A stretch of DNA of 64,000 bases. Source: Sphyrna mokarran. Lineage: Eukaryota. Every line of letters begins with the position of its first letter. Positions within the stretch are counted from its first letter, which is position 1. Below the pieces are notes generated by a model. The model saw nothing but the letters and a program-made list of their open reading frames with translations, made no database searches and was not told where the DNA came from. The position numbers and the translations under genes were made by a program. Location of the stretch: positions 62,868,001 to 62,932,000 of the forward strand of contig JAGIQG010000010.1 of the NCBI GenBank assembly GCA_024679065.1. The letters run 5' to 3'. Shown piece by piece: positions 39,640 to 53,240 of this stretch.

Positions 39640-40300
39640 AAATTAGCATAGGACCACAACAAGCAAGTACGATTTCGCTTTTATTACAAGGAGATTTGAA
39701 ACAACAATAAGGAAGTCTTGCTGCAATTATATAGACTTTTGGTAAGACAACACCTGGAGTACTGAGTACAGTTTTGGCCTCCTTACCTAAGGAAGCATAT
39801 ACTTGTTTTAGATGAAATGCAACAAAGGTTCCCTAGATGGATTCTCGGGATGAGAAGACTGTCCTTGAATAGATTGAGTAGAATGGAACTACATTCAATG
39901 GAGCTGAGAAGAATGAGATGATTCCACTGAATTTGTAACTCTCTTCGGGAATGTGACCAAGGTAGATGATGAGAGGCAATTTCCTCTGGCTGATGAATCT
40001 GAAATTAAGGATCACAGTCTCAGAAAATGATTTCGTTACTTAGGACTATGATAAGGACAAATGTCTTCACTGCAAATGTTATGAATCTTTGGACTCCTTC
40101 AATACAGAGGTCTCTGGATGCTGAGTCAATGAGCATGATCAAGACTGATGTGGCTAGATTTTTGACACGAAGTAAATTAAGGAATACAGAAATTGGATAC
40201 AGAAACAGAGATGATATCGAAATACAGACATGATCTTATTGGATGGTGAAGTAGGCTCAAAGGGGTCCTCTCTTGCTCTTATTCCTTCTGTTCTTATGTA
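39640..40300 (+). mobile_element. CR1 LINE 3' end
   Basis: LLQLYRLLVRQHLEY*VQFWPPYLRK at about 39718-39795; 3' UTR ends cttattccttctgttcttatgt. Confidence 0.85.
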
Positions 40301-40309
40301 CATGATATT

Positions 40310-41410
40310 TACATCACAGAATCAGACCATTCAGTGTAAACTAGTATTTAGCTTCCACATTGAGCCTCTTCCCATGCTTCTTCATTTAATTTCATCAGCA
40401 TATCTTGCCAGCCCTTTTCCCCTTAGACATTTCCTAGATTTCCCATAAATACAGCAATGATAGTTGCCTGAAGTACTTTGTGTAGTTACAAGTTCCACGT
40501 TCTAACCATTCTCTGGGTAAATGTTTTTTTCCTGAATTCCCTAATGGATTTATTAGTGACAATAACATGCTAGTACTGGCCTATCCTGGAAGTGAAAACG
40601 TATTTTCTACAGCTTCCCTATCAATCCCATTTGAAATTGTAAAGACCTGTATCAGTTATCACTGAATTTTCTATTTTCTAGAACAAAGAGCCACAACCTG
40701 TTCATCATTTCCTGATAGTATAACTCCTCAGTTCTGGTGTAATTCCAGTAAATACTTTTGCAATTCTCCCATGTTTCTATATAATTTTTAATAAATCAGG
40801 AATCCAGAACTGTTTGCAGTATTTCATTATGGTGGAAATATGGCTCAGTACATTTATTTATAACTTTGCTGTATTCAATTACATCCATCTAGAAATGAAC
40901 CTAGTGCATTTTGTTTGCTTATTTTTATGACTTTATTAAGCTCTGTTGCTACTTTTAGTGACCCCCCTATTTATCTGTACCCTCAGAACCCTCTGCTTAT
41001 TGATCCTATTTGGATAATTATCTTCTTAGGGAAGTACGTGGCCTCCTTATTTTCCCTATCTAAATGTATCACCTCATAGTGACCCAAATTAAAGTTCAAG
41101 TGCCAATTCCATACTCATTCTGCTAGTTTATTAATGCCTTTCTGTATGTTGTCACACTCCTCTTCTGTATTAATGACACCCTAATTTTATATTGTCTATA
41201 AGTTTTGAAATCATGGTTAATTCTAATTCACAAGTTTCAAATTATTCATGTTAATTGTGAACAAAAGTAATCCCAATGCTGATTTTACTGCAATTATGCC
41301 TCCCAATTTTTGTCAGTCAAAGTAACTACCTTTATCCCTGCTCTATACTTTTGGTTTTGTGGCAAACTCACTATCATTCTGCCACTTGTACCCTGACTCC
41401 ACATATTTCT
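40310..41410 (-). mobile_element. Older CR1 LINE fragment, tail-to-tail with the previous one
   Basis: Reverse CR1 3' UTR (ttccacgttctaaccattctctgggtaaa) and decayed RT region (ccagaactgtttgcagtatttc; tgaacaaaagtaatcccaatgctg). Confidence 0.65.
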
Positions 41411-41944
41411 TCAAAAGAGCTTGTGTAGGAGCTGAAACAAATCAACAAAGCTTGAAGCTGAATGTTGAGTGAAGTTAGGAAAACGATGAAAGTCTTGGGT
41501 CCTAATCCATCCAGAACCTTTCGCTATCTTTCTATGCTTTTTCTCCTTAGATTTGTGATTCCATTTAGAAGAATAGTTTCATAAACACAAATACCATACT
41601 GATGGCTTTCTGTCAAGGTATACGATTCCACTTACCAGTCATAAGGATCACTGATTAGTTCCTACTCTGCCGATGCACACACTCTGACTGAAACAATTTG
41701 AACTCAAAGTACCTGAGTGAAAAACAAAGAGAAGATTTATATTTTAGCCATTGGCCTGACAGGAATATAATCATCTTGCACTCTCAATATATTTAACTCA
41801 GTTTTGAGTAAGTTTAAAAGTGTCCCAAGATATCCAAGGAAGCTTGAGAACTTTTTAAAATCAGTCTGACATGACAGTGTCAATTATAGGGTGTGTGAGG
41901 CAGCTTCTTCTTGTTTTTATCCTACAGGTGCTTTGGTCCACCTT

Positions 41945-42370
41945 GTTGTCTAACAAGGGGCATACACGTGATGGGTCGTGAGATTTTTTTCGAGAGTATC
42001 TTAGTGCTTCACGTTGTTAGTGTACGCTTGACCTGGACTATTTGATGGGCAACACGACAGCTCAGTGACTATCGCTGTGCTGTGCAGATACATGGATTTG
42101 GGCTGTGTCTGTGGGAGTTTGCGCATTCTCCCCGTGCTTGCGTGGGTTTTCTCCGGGTGCTCCGGTTTCCTCCCACATCCCAAAGATGTGCTCTTAGGCT
42201 AATTGGTAAAACAAATTCTCCCTAAATTGTCTCAAATTTGGTTTTTAATCCTTAGATCTATAAACATAGACAGGGATCACGGGTAGAAGTGGGAACATCG
42301 GGGTGGTGGCACGGGCTCGTGGGGCCGAAGGGTCTGTTTCCCGTACTGTTTTGTTCTTTGTTCTTTGTTT
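41945..42370 (+). mobile_element. Composite hairpin-headed V-domain SINE derivative, copy 2 (no internal inverted arm)
   Basis: Colinear with 14364-14914; many CpGs retained, so relatively young; ends ttgttctttgttctttgttt. Confidence 0.85.
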
Positions 42371-42694
42371 CATATAACTTCCCTCCAAGTTTACGTTGAG
42401 ACTTAACTAATGACTTAAAAGGGGTGATTTTAACTTTGCTGGTTAAAATTATCCCAGGAGATATACACTGTCATGCCATGAATTTCTTAGAAGCTTCAAA
42501 ATTTAATCTGCTTCTCTCAGCAGGAGCAGATGACACCCACTAAAAATTGGTCAGGTTCTTATTTACATGTGCAATTTGGATACTGCCCGAAATTTTTTTA
42601 ACTGATAGCCTGTGTAAGGAAGCTATTGTGTCTCTTCCACTGAATCAACCCAGCAGAAAGGCAAATTAGGCCGAAAACTGTTTTACGAACAGTC

Positions 42695-43290
42695 GAACAT
42701 ATGAATTAGGAAAAGGAGTCAATCATTTGACCTTTAGGGCTACTTCATTATTCAATAAGATCATGGCTGATCTGATTGTAACCATAAGCCTACATTCCTA
42801 CCTAGCATGATAACTCCTCTACCCATTTTTAATCAAGAATCTATCGAGCTCTGCCTTAAAAACATTCAAAGATCCTGGGCAGGATTTTATGGCCCATTTT
42901 GTCCCAAACCCATAAAATCCTACCCAAGCTCAACAGAAACTTCCATGGTGGCAGAATGGTAAAATTCTAGCTTCTGATTCCACTGCATTTTGAGGGAGAG
43001 AATTCAAAACACCCACAAATCTCGAACAGAAAAAGTTTCTCCTCATCTCTGTCTTATTTTTAAACAATAACCCCTAGTTCTAGATTTTCCCTCAACAGAA
43101 AACATCCTCAGCACATTCACCTTGTCACGGATCTTCAGGAACTTAAGGCTTTCAATCAAGTTGCCCCTTATTCTTCTAAACTGCAATGAATACAAGCTTA
43201 ACCTGTCCAACATTCACTCAGAAGACATTCCGGGTATTAATCTAATAAACCTTCACTGAACTGTTTCAAACGCATTTACATCCTTCCTCC
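42695..43290 (-). mobile_element. CR1 LINE 3' end interrupted by a short MITE (about 42877-42973)
   Basis: gaacatatgaattaggaaaaggagtc...ttcaataagatcatggctgatctgatt. The host reads aaagatc|ctgattccactgc across an insert bounded by gggcaggatttta / taaaattctagc. Confidence 0.75.
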
Positions 43291-46200
43291 ACGTGACTTA
43301 CTTGAGTGTGTGTTTCTATGGTCACTCGTGATATTCTCTGATACCTGGCATCACATCCTCCACCAGTCGGTCAGTTCGCACCTCCTGAGTGGTGGCATGC
43401 AAGTGAAGTCCAGGAATTAAGATCTCACAGGAGTCTAGCTGGCAAGTCTGGATTGCTTGCCACCCATCTCAGGAGCTCCAGCTTGATTTCCAGCCCAAAT
43501 TAACACCAGCTTTGCCTTACTGCAAAGCAGAATATTTTCATAGCCACACTGAATTGATGTATAAAGATTTCCTGTGTTCCTAAAAACAGTGTAGTGAATC
43601 TCCTCCTCAAATTTATGTTTTGTTTTTGCAGGAAATACTCAGCTCTTTTCTAAGAACCGCACTAAAATTAGTGGCAGCATACCTCCAACTGATTCTATAG
43701 GAACTGGATTCATAAATATCATGCCATCCATACCAGCACAGAACCATTTCTGCACAAAAATAAACTGCATAAACAATAGATGTTAACTCAGGCGGGGGTT
43801 AGTCTGGGAATGGCCAACACACTTGAACAATGTGAAGAAAGTGCAATTTGGCCAATGGTTCTTGTTGGGTCACATTTAATTTTTTAAAATTAGCTTCTTG
43901 TCCAAAGGCTGAAAGAAGGTTTTGAGATCAGGGCAAAAATAAGGTGGCAAATACAGGTAAGGAGAAGAAGTAGAAAAACTGGACTTGGAATTCCTATTCC
44001 TCCTGGCACATTAGTACTCCACATCAAAGTAACATTCTTGAACTCATTTTGGGCTCTTCTAGCCACCATGGCTCCCACCATGATTTGGTTTTAAACAGGT
44101 CTCTCATGTATTGATATTAAAATACTGTACTTTAGGTTTTTCCATTTTAATTTAGGCCCCATCCTGACTGAAACAGGAGCCAACTTCAAAATAAAATGTA
44201 ACCAGGTGAGAAGGATCATTTGGCAACCCATTTTAACTCCAAGCATGCAGCATTTCCAGCAGGCAGGGGCTGGATTTAAAATCAGTTCAATGATATAGCA
44301 GATCTGAAAAACTACTCACATACACAAAAACAAAACATAGCCTGAATTCAAACTGGCAAAGATGGAAGAGAAACAACATGAAGCACTTCTGAACACCAAC
44401 TAAAACCTAGAGACACATTCATAACAAAGCTCTATATAACACATAAAGGTACAGCACAGAAAGACATTGTTGGAACAAAAGTATGAATGTACAAATCACA
44501 TCACTCATGGGTCATAGCTCTGTTGCACAAATCACAGAGTGTAATGTGGAAAGCACTGAATCATTCTTGCACACAACAGAAGAAAATGTTTAAGTATGAA
44601 CGTGCACCTTCTGGAAATATTAAAAATGAATCAGTATCACCATGAGACACATAGCAGAACATACAAGACAAAAATACATAATTGCCAATACAGTGCCACA
44701 CACACATGCAGACACACAAATACAATAGTCTCACAATCACATACATACATAAGCAGAGACAGACATGACTGTGAGCAATGTTACATGAATAATTAATGCA
44801 AGGTGCATTTTAAATGGGCGAACATCTCTGTTAAAATATAAGAGTGTAATTTAATATGATCCTGTATCACCTAGAATAGATTACAAGCTATAATGTCACA
44901 CATATGCATTAGCATATACATTCATACACATATATAGATGCACATAGGCAAATACATACAGCTAGAAGCTATCATATTTTCAATGTAAATAGCAATACAC
45001 ACAAATCACCCTGGAAACTTAAGTGTCACTATGGATAAAGAGGGAATTTCTTTTCAGCAAATTTTCACATACTCTAATTTTATGCTGAAACATCACAATA
45101 TATAAATGTCCTCAGTCCTTTGCTCAAACTACTAAACACCGCAAAGACCATTAACTTAACTCCACACAGCCACATCTGAGAAATGGTGTTGCATATTGGT
45201 ATGTATTTATCCACTTTAAAGCAGAGACAAATTGTTGGTGATACCCCAATGTACGTTTCTACTACTGATTTTTACAGCAATTTTGTTTTTGTTTTAGAAA
45301 TAGGGTACATTTCTCCTTATTGGAGTCTGTGCTATATTTACTATATATTTGAATATTTCATCTGTGGCATCAAAATCTGCTACAATAAAAAAGAAAAACT
45401 TTTGGAATTGCATTTTCTTAAATATGCTATATTAATATATATAAATCATAATTTTGATAGCTTCAAACTTAAATTTTCATTACACCAACAAAATAATGAA
45501 GGATTTAAAGTAGATGAATGGAGTATATTCTGCACTTTGCCTGAGCCCTGCTGTTTATACTGATTTTAACTTGTTCTGCTCCATTATTTTGTCCTGATAA
45601 TCTCAGATTAGAGCAAAATTTTCATGAAAGAAAACAGCATAGATTTTGGCATTGTTTTGCTGCAAATCGAATTAAGGAGATTTTGGACTAATTTGTGGAC
45701 GTAGCCATACAATCACATAGCTGAAAACATAGGTATCCAGACACAATTACATACACTCACTGCATGCTTCATTGTTGATGATATATGTTTTGGTGCAGAC
45801 TTCCACCAATGTTCAAAAGGCAAACACTCTTATGTCACAGCCATGCTTCCATGCACAATATATTCCAAAATTGGAAATACCACACAGAAACACAGATAGA
45901 AAAACATGCACAAATATTTAACTCACGCACAGATGTATCGCACAAATAATTAAGAAACCTGTCCCTCACTCTTACACTTCAATTGCACTCACAATACTAA
46001 CTGATATCACATAGGTAAAAGAAAGAAACAGAACTATTCACATAGAAAAACATTAATGTATGAGAGACACAATTATGCAGAAACACTAACAGTCAACATT
46101 CTAGCCACATTGCTAAACTCTGGTTGCCACAAAAATCCACATCAGAAATACCACATATCATTTTTTTTTCCCCCTGGCTTATTCTATCTCTATTCCTCTG

Positions 46201-49199
46201 AAATGTTAATTGGGTTTCCATGTTCAAACGTGTCCAGATATCTGTCAGTTTGGGATAATTCCTGAATACAATATGTTTACCCCTAAAATGTTTTCCATGT
46301 GTAGATGTCGTTAATTCATCACCTTAATGTGCCTAGTGGGATGGTTAGGTGATCTATTTCTTATATTTAGATACCATTGTTACAATACAATGTGCGTATC
46401 AAAAAAGCTACTTGTTCCCTTTCTATGTCTGATTTTCTTTGGCTGCTGTGGTTTTCTATATTAATCTATGATTTAGGACTGAGACACATAATATAAACAT
46501 TTAAGTTTTCTAGTAAGAAAAATATAAACACCTAAAGCTATAAATTAGTTGAAAGTTGAATGGTGACAATTCCAGGCAGTGAAGTTCACATACCAATACC
46601 TAATCTGCCATTTTTAACACACACAGGCATTAACTCATTCAATATAAACTGATTGAGACATGTGTAAAAACAGAAATCAGCAATGCCAGCAATTTTCTTT
46701 TGCCTGATATTTGCCTATCTAAGTTTCTACTCATGAAAAACATTTGAAGAATATTCCCAACTCACAATATATTGAGTGTGTGGGGTTTAGGTGTTATATG
46801 TGTAAATGCTTTGCTGTGTGGAGGTGCTGCCTGAGTGTCTGAATGTGAGGCAAATCATGTTTAAGTTTTGGAGGAGATGGTGTTATGCTGAGAGTGTTCA
46901 CATTACTGAAGGAGTATTTGTATATGTGTGTGCCCTTGACTAATAGCACCTGAGCGATAAGAAAAAAACTTAGGCAGATTAAGATTAGGCATGAGGGAAA
47001 AATTGTATGGGCAGCACTTGCTTATATGTGACAACTTGCTTCTATGTAGACTTTTGTATTGGAAGAAAAAACGTATTTACATTGGAGTTTTTGTGAGTGC
47101 CTGCATTTCATTAAATATTTCTATGACTATGTGTCGTAAATATGAGTAAGGGTTTCTGTGTGCATACGCTTGCATGCATTTGACTGTTTGTGTGTGTGCT
47201 TGTGCATGATGACACTTACATAAGTATGTTCCTGAACATTGGAAGTAATTGAAAGTATTAAAAAATAAGAAAATATTTTTCATTTGTCTATGTATGTCTC
47301 CTTTAGAATAGATGCGAGAATGTTTCTTGCTGTAATAGAGGATTTGTGGAAGAGTTTGTTTGATTGTATATGAGTATGTTTCTCCATATTGGTGCTATGT
47401 GTGAAAGAAAGATCAATGTTATGTAGGACTGTGCTGCTTGTGATTGTGACTTTGGGATGGTGTACGTGTGTTTCTATATGTGGGAATGTTTCTCTATCCT
47501 AGTATGTTTAGGTATATAGGTAAAATAATAGGTATATTATTTTAGTAAAGATTCTGAGAAACCAGCATTCTCAATATCTGAGAATGTTCCTATGGATCTC
47601 CATTAAGTGTGAATGGGACTTTCTTTGCGTAGTTTGTGTAGAATATTTTCAGATTGAAATGCATGTTGCAAAGTGCTTATAAACCTTGAAGTAAAATATT
47701 CTCATACGTGTGCATAGTTTTCTTGTTGCCTTCTTCTAATGGCAAGACAGATAAAATCATTTCACAAATCTGGTCATAGGATAAGGAATTTGGATTTAAT
47801 AATTGCAAAGAAATGGTTTATTGGTGCTCATCTATCAGAATATAGCTAAAAGAATACAGGTACAAAGTAGTTTAAGTGTAGGTCAAGGTCCTATATGTGT
47901 AAGGGTTGGTTATGAGTATTGACATTGCCATTAGTTTGAAGCATGAATGTTTCTATGTCTATGCATGTGAGGGAGTCATTGCATCTCTAAGAGTGTTCCA
48001 TGTGGGGTTATTCAGGTGGAACTGTTTAGAGAGTAAATGTACAGTGCACAAGTATTTCTGCATATGTGTGTGATCCCATATGAATATTGTAAAAATATGT
48101 ATGAATGTGATATATAAAGGTATAGAAATGTATATGTTTATATCTGTACTTGCATTTCTGTTTCTATAGGAGATTTTTTATACTTTTCTGTGCATGAGTA
48201 CTTCCGTAAATGTGTTTGTGTGCACTAAAACTGTTTTTATGTTAAAATGTTCTTAACGTTTGTATGCGTCTGACTGTGTACCTATTTTGGTTTATAAAGA
48301 TTTGGATGCAGAAGAGCAGTCTGCCTTTGTCTCAAAATGTTTGTATTTATAAACAATTTTGTCACTTCAGTATCTATTTCTTTAGAGTCTGTGTGCATAT
48401 TTCAAGGTTTCGTGCTGTTAAGGGAAAACACATTTACAATACATATTAAATCTTTTAAGAGCTATTTATTTTGAAATGGAATTTCCTGTTTGTAATAGTA
48501 ATAGTGTACTGAATGGGCTTGTATAATTTAGAATATCATATATATGTGAGAAGTAACCCTGATTACTTATCAAAGAATGTTAAAACATGCAAATGTGTTG
48601 GGGGGGGGGGAGAGATTAGCATCAGTGTTTATATATGAATGGATAGTTGTATAGTTTCTTCAGTATTTGGACATTGTTCAAGAATATTTGAGGACGCTGT
48701 CTTTGGATATGGATCTGTGCGTGTTGGAGAATGTTGTAATGGCTTGTATAAGAAAATGTCTTTGCATAGACAGTGTTATTACTTCTTGTAAATCTGTATG
48801 GGCATTTACCTGTGTTTGAGTATTTATGCTGGAATCTATAAGTTTGTTCTCTGGATATTAATATTAGTAGTGCATGCAAATATTTGTCTGTGACTGCAAC
48901 TGTTAGGCCTTCTTTGTGTCAGAATTTGTATACATGAACCTGTATACCAGTATTTACAATGATATGCATACAATCATGAAAATATGCATGTGACTACTTT
49001 CACATTAATTATATAGGTGTATGTGCAGATTGATAGGAAGGGATGCATTGGTGTGCGTATAAAGCTGTGGTTATGCATAAAATCTGTTCAAATATTTGTA
49101 TATGCCTGTGAATAGATGTTTTTTGATTATTTATCAGGCTGTTGGTGTTGCAGGGGAAGCTAACGTTTATTGCCAACTCTAGAAACTGTCTTGTTAGCA

Positions 49200-49455
49200 C
49201 AGGAGAGTTAAGAATCTCTCATATTGGAGTGCTGTATCATGTGGATCAAAACAGGTGAAGAGAGCAGATTCCCTTCCCTGGAGGATATTCGTGAATCTGC
49301 TGAGGTTTTTACAAAAGGGTCTCGTGGTCACTTCTACACAGACCTACTTTTTATTTCCATTTTTTAAATTGAATTCAAATACTCAACATATACGGTGAGG
49401 TTTGAACGCACATTCTTCAGACTATTAGAGCAATAACGTTACAACTACAGTACTG
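49200..49455 (-). mobile_element. Second tRNA-headed SINE-like family, old copy
   Basis: gcagattcccttccctggaggatattcgtgaatc...ctactttttatttcca...ggtttgaac is similar to 14140-14363 and 14915-15006. Confidence 0.6.
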
Positions 49456-50089
49456 AACTATTCCTACGTCTGCACGTATAAAATCAGGCATTAAGTTGAT
49501 GCAATAATCTCAATGAAAAGGTCTGCAAAGGGAGAGTGTTTTAAAATTGAAGTGATCTCTAAAATCTAAATATTGCTCTGCTGTCATCTTAACATTTCGC
49601 ACACTCACGTCCTATTTCCCGTGTTTGCCTCTAGTACCCAACCTCCCTATTCACTCTCCATTGTATCCTGCATTGTGACGTTTCTTGTCTTCATGCCCAT
49701 TTTTGGCATTTCTGTGCTCAGTGTGGCTCTGAACTTTTCTCTCTTCCTTCTATCCTAGATATTTTACCGTGCACACATCGCTTCAGTGTTGAAGTCAAAG
49801 TAGTAATTTCACGATTCACCACGCCAGAGGAGTACTGGATCAAGCAATTACTTCTCAAAACTCAGCAGACCGTGCCTACTTCATTCTTCCCAGGACCTTA
49901 AAATTCGGAGGATTCTTAGCTCCGTCAGACTTTTCTTCCTAGCACAGGCGTGAAACTTCTAAACCTTACTGTCAACTAATCTCGACCTCATTATTTACCT
50001 CATAATCTGTTTCATTCTTGCTGAGGTCCTGCATCGGAGTCCTTAGTCTTGTATATCCAAAAGGATATGTGATTATTAAAAGCAGATTA

Positions 50090-50225
50090 AAAGGAGCCTT
50101 ATTTCCAAAATGTATACCATTGGACTCGATGACTTAAAACGTTCACCTTACTTTCTCTCCCCACAGTTGCTGTCTGATCTGCTGAGCATATCCAGTATTA
50201 TCATTTTTTGTTTCAAATTTTCGTT
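50090..50225 (+). mobile_element. Decayed Penelope-like terminus
   Basis: ttctctccccacagttgctgtctgatctgctgagcatatccagtatt resembles a common shark Penelope-type end; the ribozyme core upstream is no longer recognisable. Confidence 0.45.
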
Positions 50226-53126
50226 TTGTGTCTTTTTTAAATTACGTATACGAGTTCAATTATGGTGCAAGGTTCTGGTGCCACATAAGCTGTGTGTGCA
50301 TGCTCCTATGTCTCCTCTTTCCGGGTAAGCTATTCAAACATTGAGGCACCTTCATGTGTTCGCTCTTTTGAAGTCTAGGTATCCCACTTAACTATTTATT
50401 TCAGCTCCATTCTAGTCTCTTGCAGAAACGGGCCACCCGTTTCGATGATGCGTTGGCTTATTTAAAATTCCATATATGTTCACTCAACATTTCCCCGAGA
50501 GATGTGAAAAAGTGAATCTCTCTGTTATTGCAAACTCTCGGCGTGTCAGCTGTTCGAGGTGCATGGGTGGTTTAATAGTTGGCCAACTCTCAAGCCTATT
50601 TTGTGTAGGTTTTTTGTTTGTAGATTTCAGGTCAATAATATGTTGCAATGCACTCGGAATGTTCGGACCTTCGTTGGATGGATTTGAGTTTTCATATTAT
50701 TTGAGTGCTTATCTCTTTCTGAATCACACTGATTACAACACATTGCATCTTCCCCGTCCCCCCAGGTTATTGCCCGTGTCTTTGCTGACAGGCTGCACTC
50801 TTCTGACTCTGTGGCCCATATTCGGCAGCTGCAGCTGTCAAGCCTTTCCCCTGCTTCATGCTTGAAGTTATTGGATGCTGGGCGCCCTGTTTCGAATATG
50901 GACTGGACCCCCATGTACTAATGGTTTGGCGTGGTTGCAGTGAAGTTCGGGTGAGGTCCAAGACTTGAGATAATGCAGGTTTTAGTGTTTATCTTAAGAG
51001 AACAGGTTACTTTGGCTTTCCCTTTCTCGGCAATCCAATTTTATTAGGATTTACTATCATTTGTGCGCGGGAATCCCTCGGGAAATAATGCTTTGATTAA
51101 TGTAATCCTAGGCAGGGATACGCCACATGCCCGGCTCCCAGGGGATGAGCCCTGTTTGACAAACAAAAACAGTACAGCCACGCCGAGTGCAACTATTACA
51201 ATCCGCACCCCACTCCCGGAGACGCACTGGAACATTTGAACAATGAGCAGAAGTAAAAGGGCAGCAACCGAGGCCGCAGCTGACTGCGGGGGTACAGAAC
51301 CGCAAGCCCACATTTAACCGGTTAATTCACAGAAAAACTGCAACAAAAAGATCCACTGGCTTAATACATGTTCCAAATCCCTCACCGGCTGCGTTTGAAA
51401 AGAAAGGGGGCACATTTGAATTTTTGGGCTAATATCACCCGTTAAAGAACCTTGCTGTATTTAAAATAAGAACCCTTGTATTCATACAAGAATAATGCGC
51501 ATATCCAAATGCCACGTGAGAAGCAGCAGTCACATGGCGGGTAATATGCACGTCCCAATATCAAATTAATGTGAAGGTTTCAATAAGAAGCAAATACAAT
51601 TCATTCGGCAGGTGTTCCAAATCCCGTCACCAGCAAGTGAACCAGAAACCGCGTGTAAAATACCAAAAACAACGCACAGTTATTCAGTTCCGACTACTGC
51701 ACGCCGTCATTGGCACCACACAGGCTAATGTAATAATTCAAGCTATGTCAAAATGCACAGGGCCGCTGGGAGACATAATACGAATGGGTGACATACACAT
51801 CCTGATCTTGAAACAATTGAAATATGTCCCCGGATAGATGTTATCTGGATTCAGCTATCATCCAATGTAAACTCTAATACAAAACCAATATAAATACAGC
51901 CAAGAAACTGGAATGAGTGATAAGCATATTCTAACATGAAACCAGGACACAACAAAGCACCCAGAGCAGTCACGCTGCCATCTACAACCACAGCCCCATT
52001 CTTCAAAATAACATTCACGCTGTCCATGACATAAACCATCTTTTGCCAGCCGGATTTATTCCCTTTAATATATGCTAAGCGCTCACTGCTCCATGCAAGA
52101 AAACACGGTCATATCGAAAACAGCAGCGATCCAAATTAACATTGAACATGCTAAGATCCGTGTCTGTGTCGACCAGTTGCGGCCCTGGTCATTTATTATT
52201 TAACACCAAAACAATCTTCCATAAAGACTTCGCGGCTATACTGTTCATGTTTGCCTTTAACTTGTTTAAGCCCAAACGGTGGGGAATTGAGGGGTGGGGA
52301 GGGAGGGAGGGAGAGGTTCACGTTAAGCAATGGGATAGATATCCGTTATCCCTTCGGTAGAAAGGAGTTTGCTGCACACGTCCCAGTCTAACAATTCATA
52401 AAATCAAATGTATTGATATGCAGTAAACACCTGGAATATCATCAACAGTACGGGTTATCCCGCATGAAGGGGTAGTCTGCATGTTCGCTATTTTATTGTT
52501 TAAAAATTCTGTAAGTAAATTTTATCTTTAAAAACATTAAAATATAGCATCACACAATAAGATGTTGGTTCAGTTTAAAAAGCATCCAGCTCATTGCCTG
52601 ATTCGACCATTGCATACATCCATCGAAAAAGATTCACTCCAAAACTTTTCACAAAGCTGTGTACGAGAGTTTTATTATCTTACTCAAATGTTCCCCCTGA
52701 AACTTACCCCTAACCTGAAATGTTAGATGTAAAAGACGCGATGGACGTCTTCACTGTTCAAATCCTTCACACTTTCAGACTGTGCAAGTATAAAATAGAA
52801 TTGTTGATAGTCAATGTAACGCGGGATTTAGATTCAGTATACGGTTTGGTGAATCAACAAGTACATTTGTGTGGCGACATTTCTTAGCAAGTCCCGAAAA
52901 GAGCAGAAATGGTTTACGTACTGATGTTTCAATACTTACTTTCCCAAAATGCGTGTTTGGACTGAGCTCCTGTGGTCCAGTGGTTACATTTTCCCCCGGT
53001 CCCTGGCATTCAATCAAAGCTACGGAAAGTTACAGATTCAAAAGAAAGTTTGTCATAATTTATACTTGCCGCAATTTACCCTCATTGTGATATTTAACCC
53101 ATAAATCTTAAAATATGCATTCGTAA

Positions 53127-53240
53127 ATGCAATATGTATCCATGCATATAATATATTGCAATATATATCTATGTGTATAATACATTGCAATATATATCCA
53201 TGTGTATAATAAATTGCAAGATATACTCATGTATATAACA
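53127..53240. repeat. AT-rich tandem repeat, four units of about 29 bp
   Basis: Unit approximately ttgcaatatatatccatgtgtataataca, repeated four times with substitutions. Confidence 0.8.

Noticed and set aside
53127-53240. CRISPR-like array
   Set aside because: Head-to-tail repeat with no unique spacers, in eukaryotic DNA with no cas genes.
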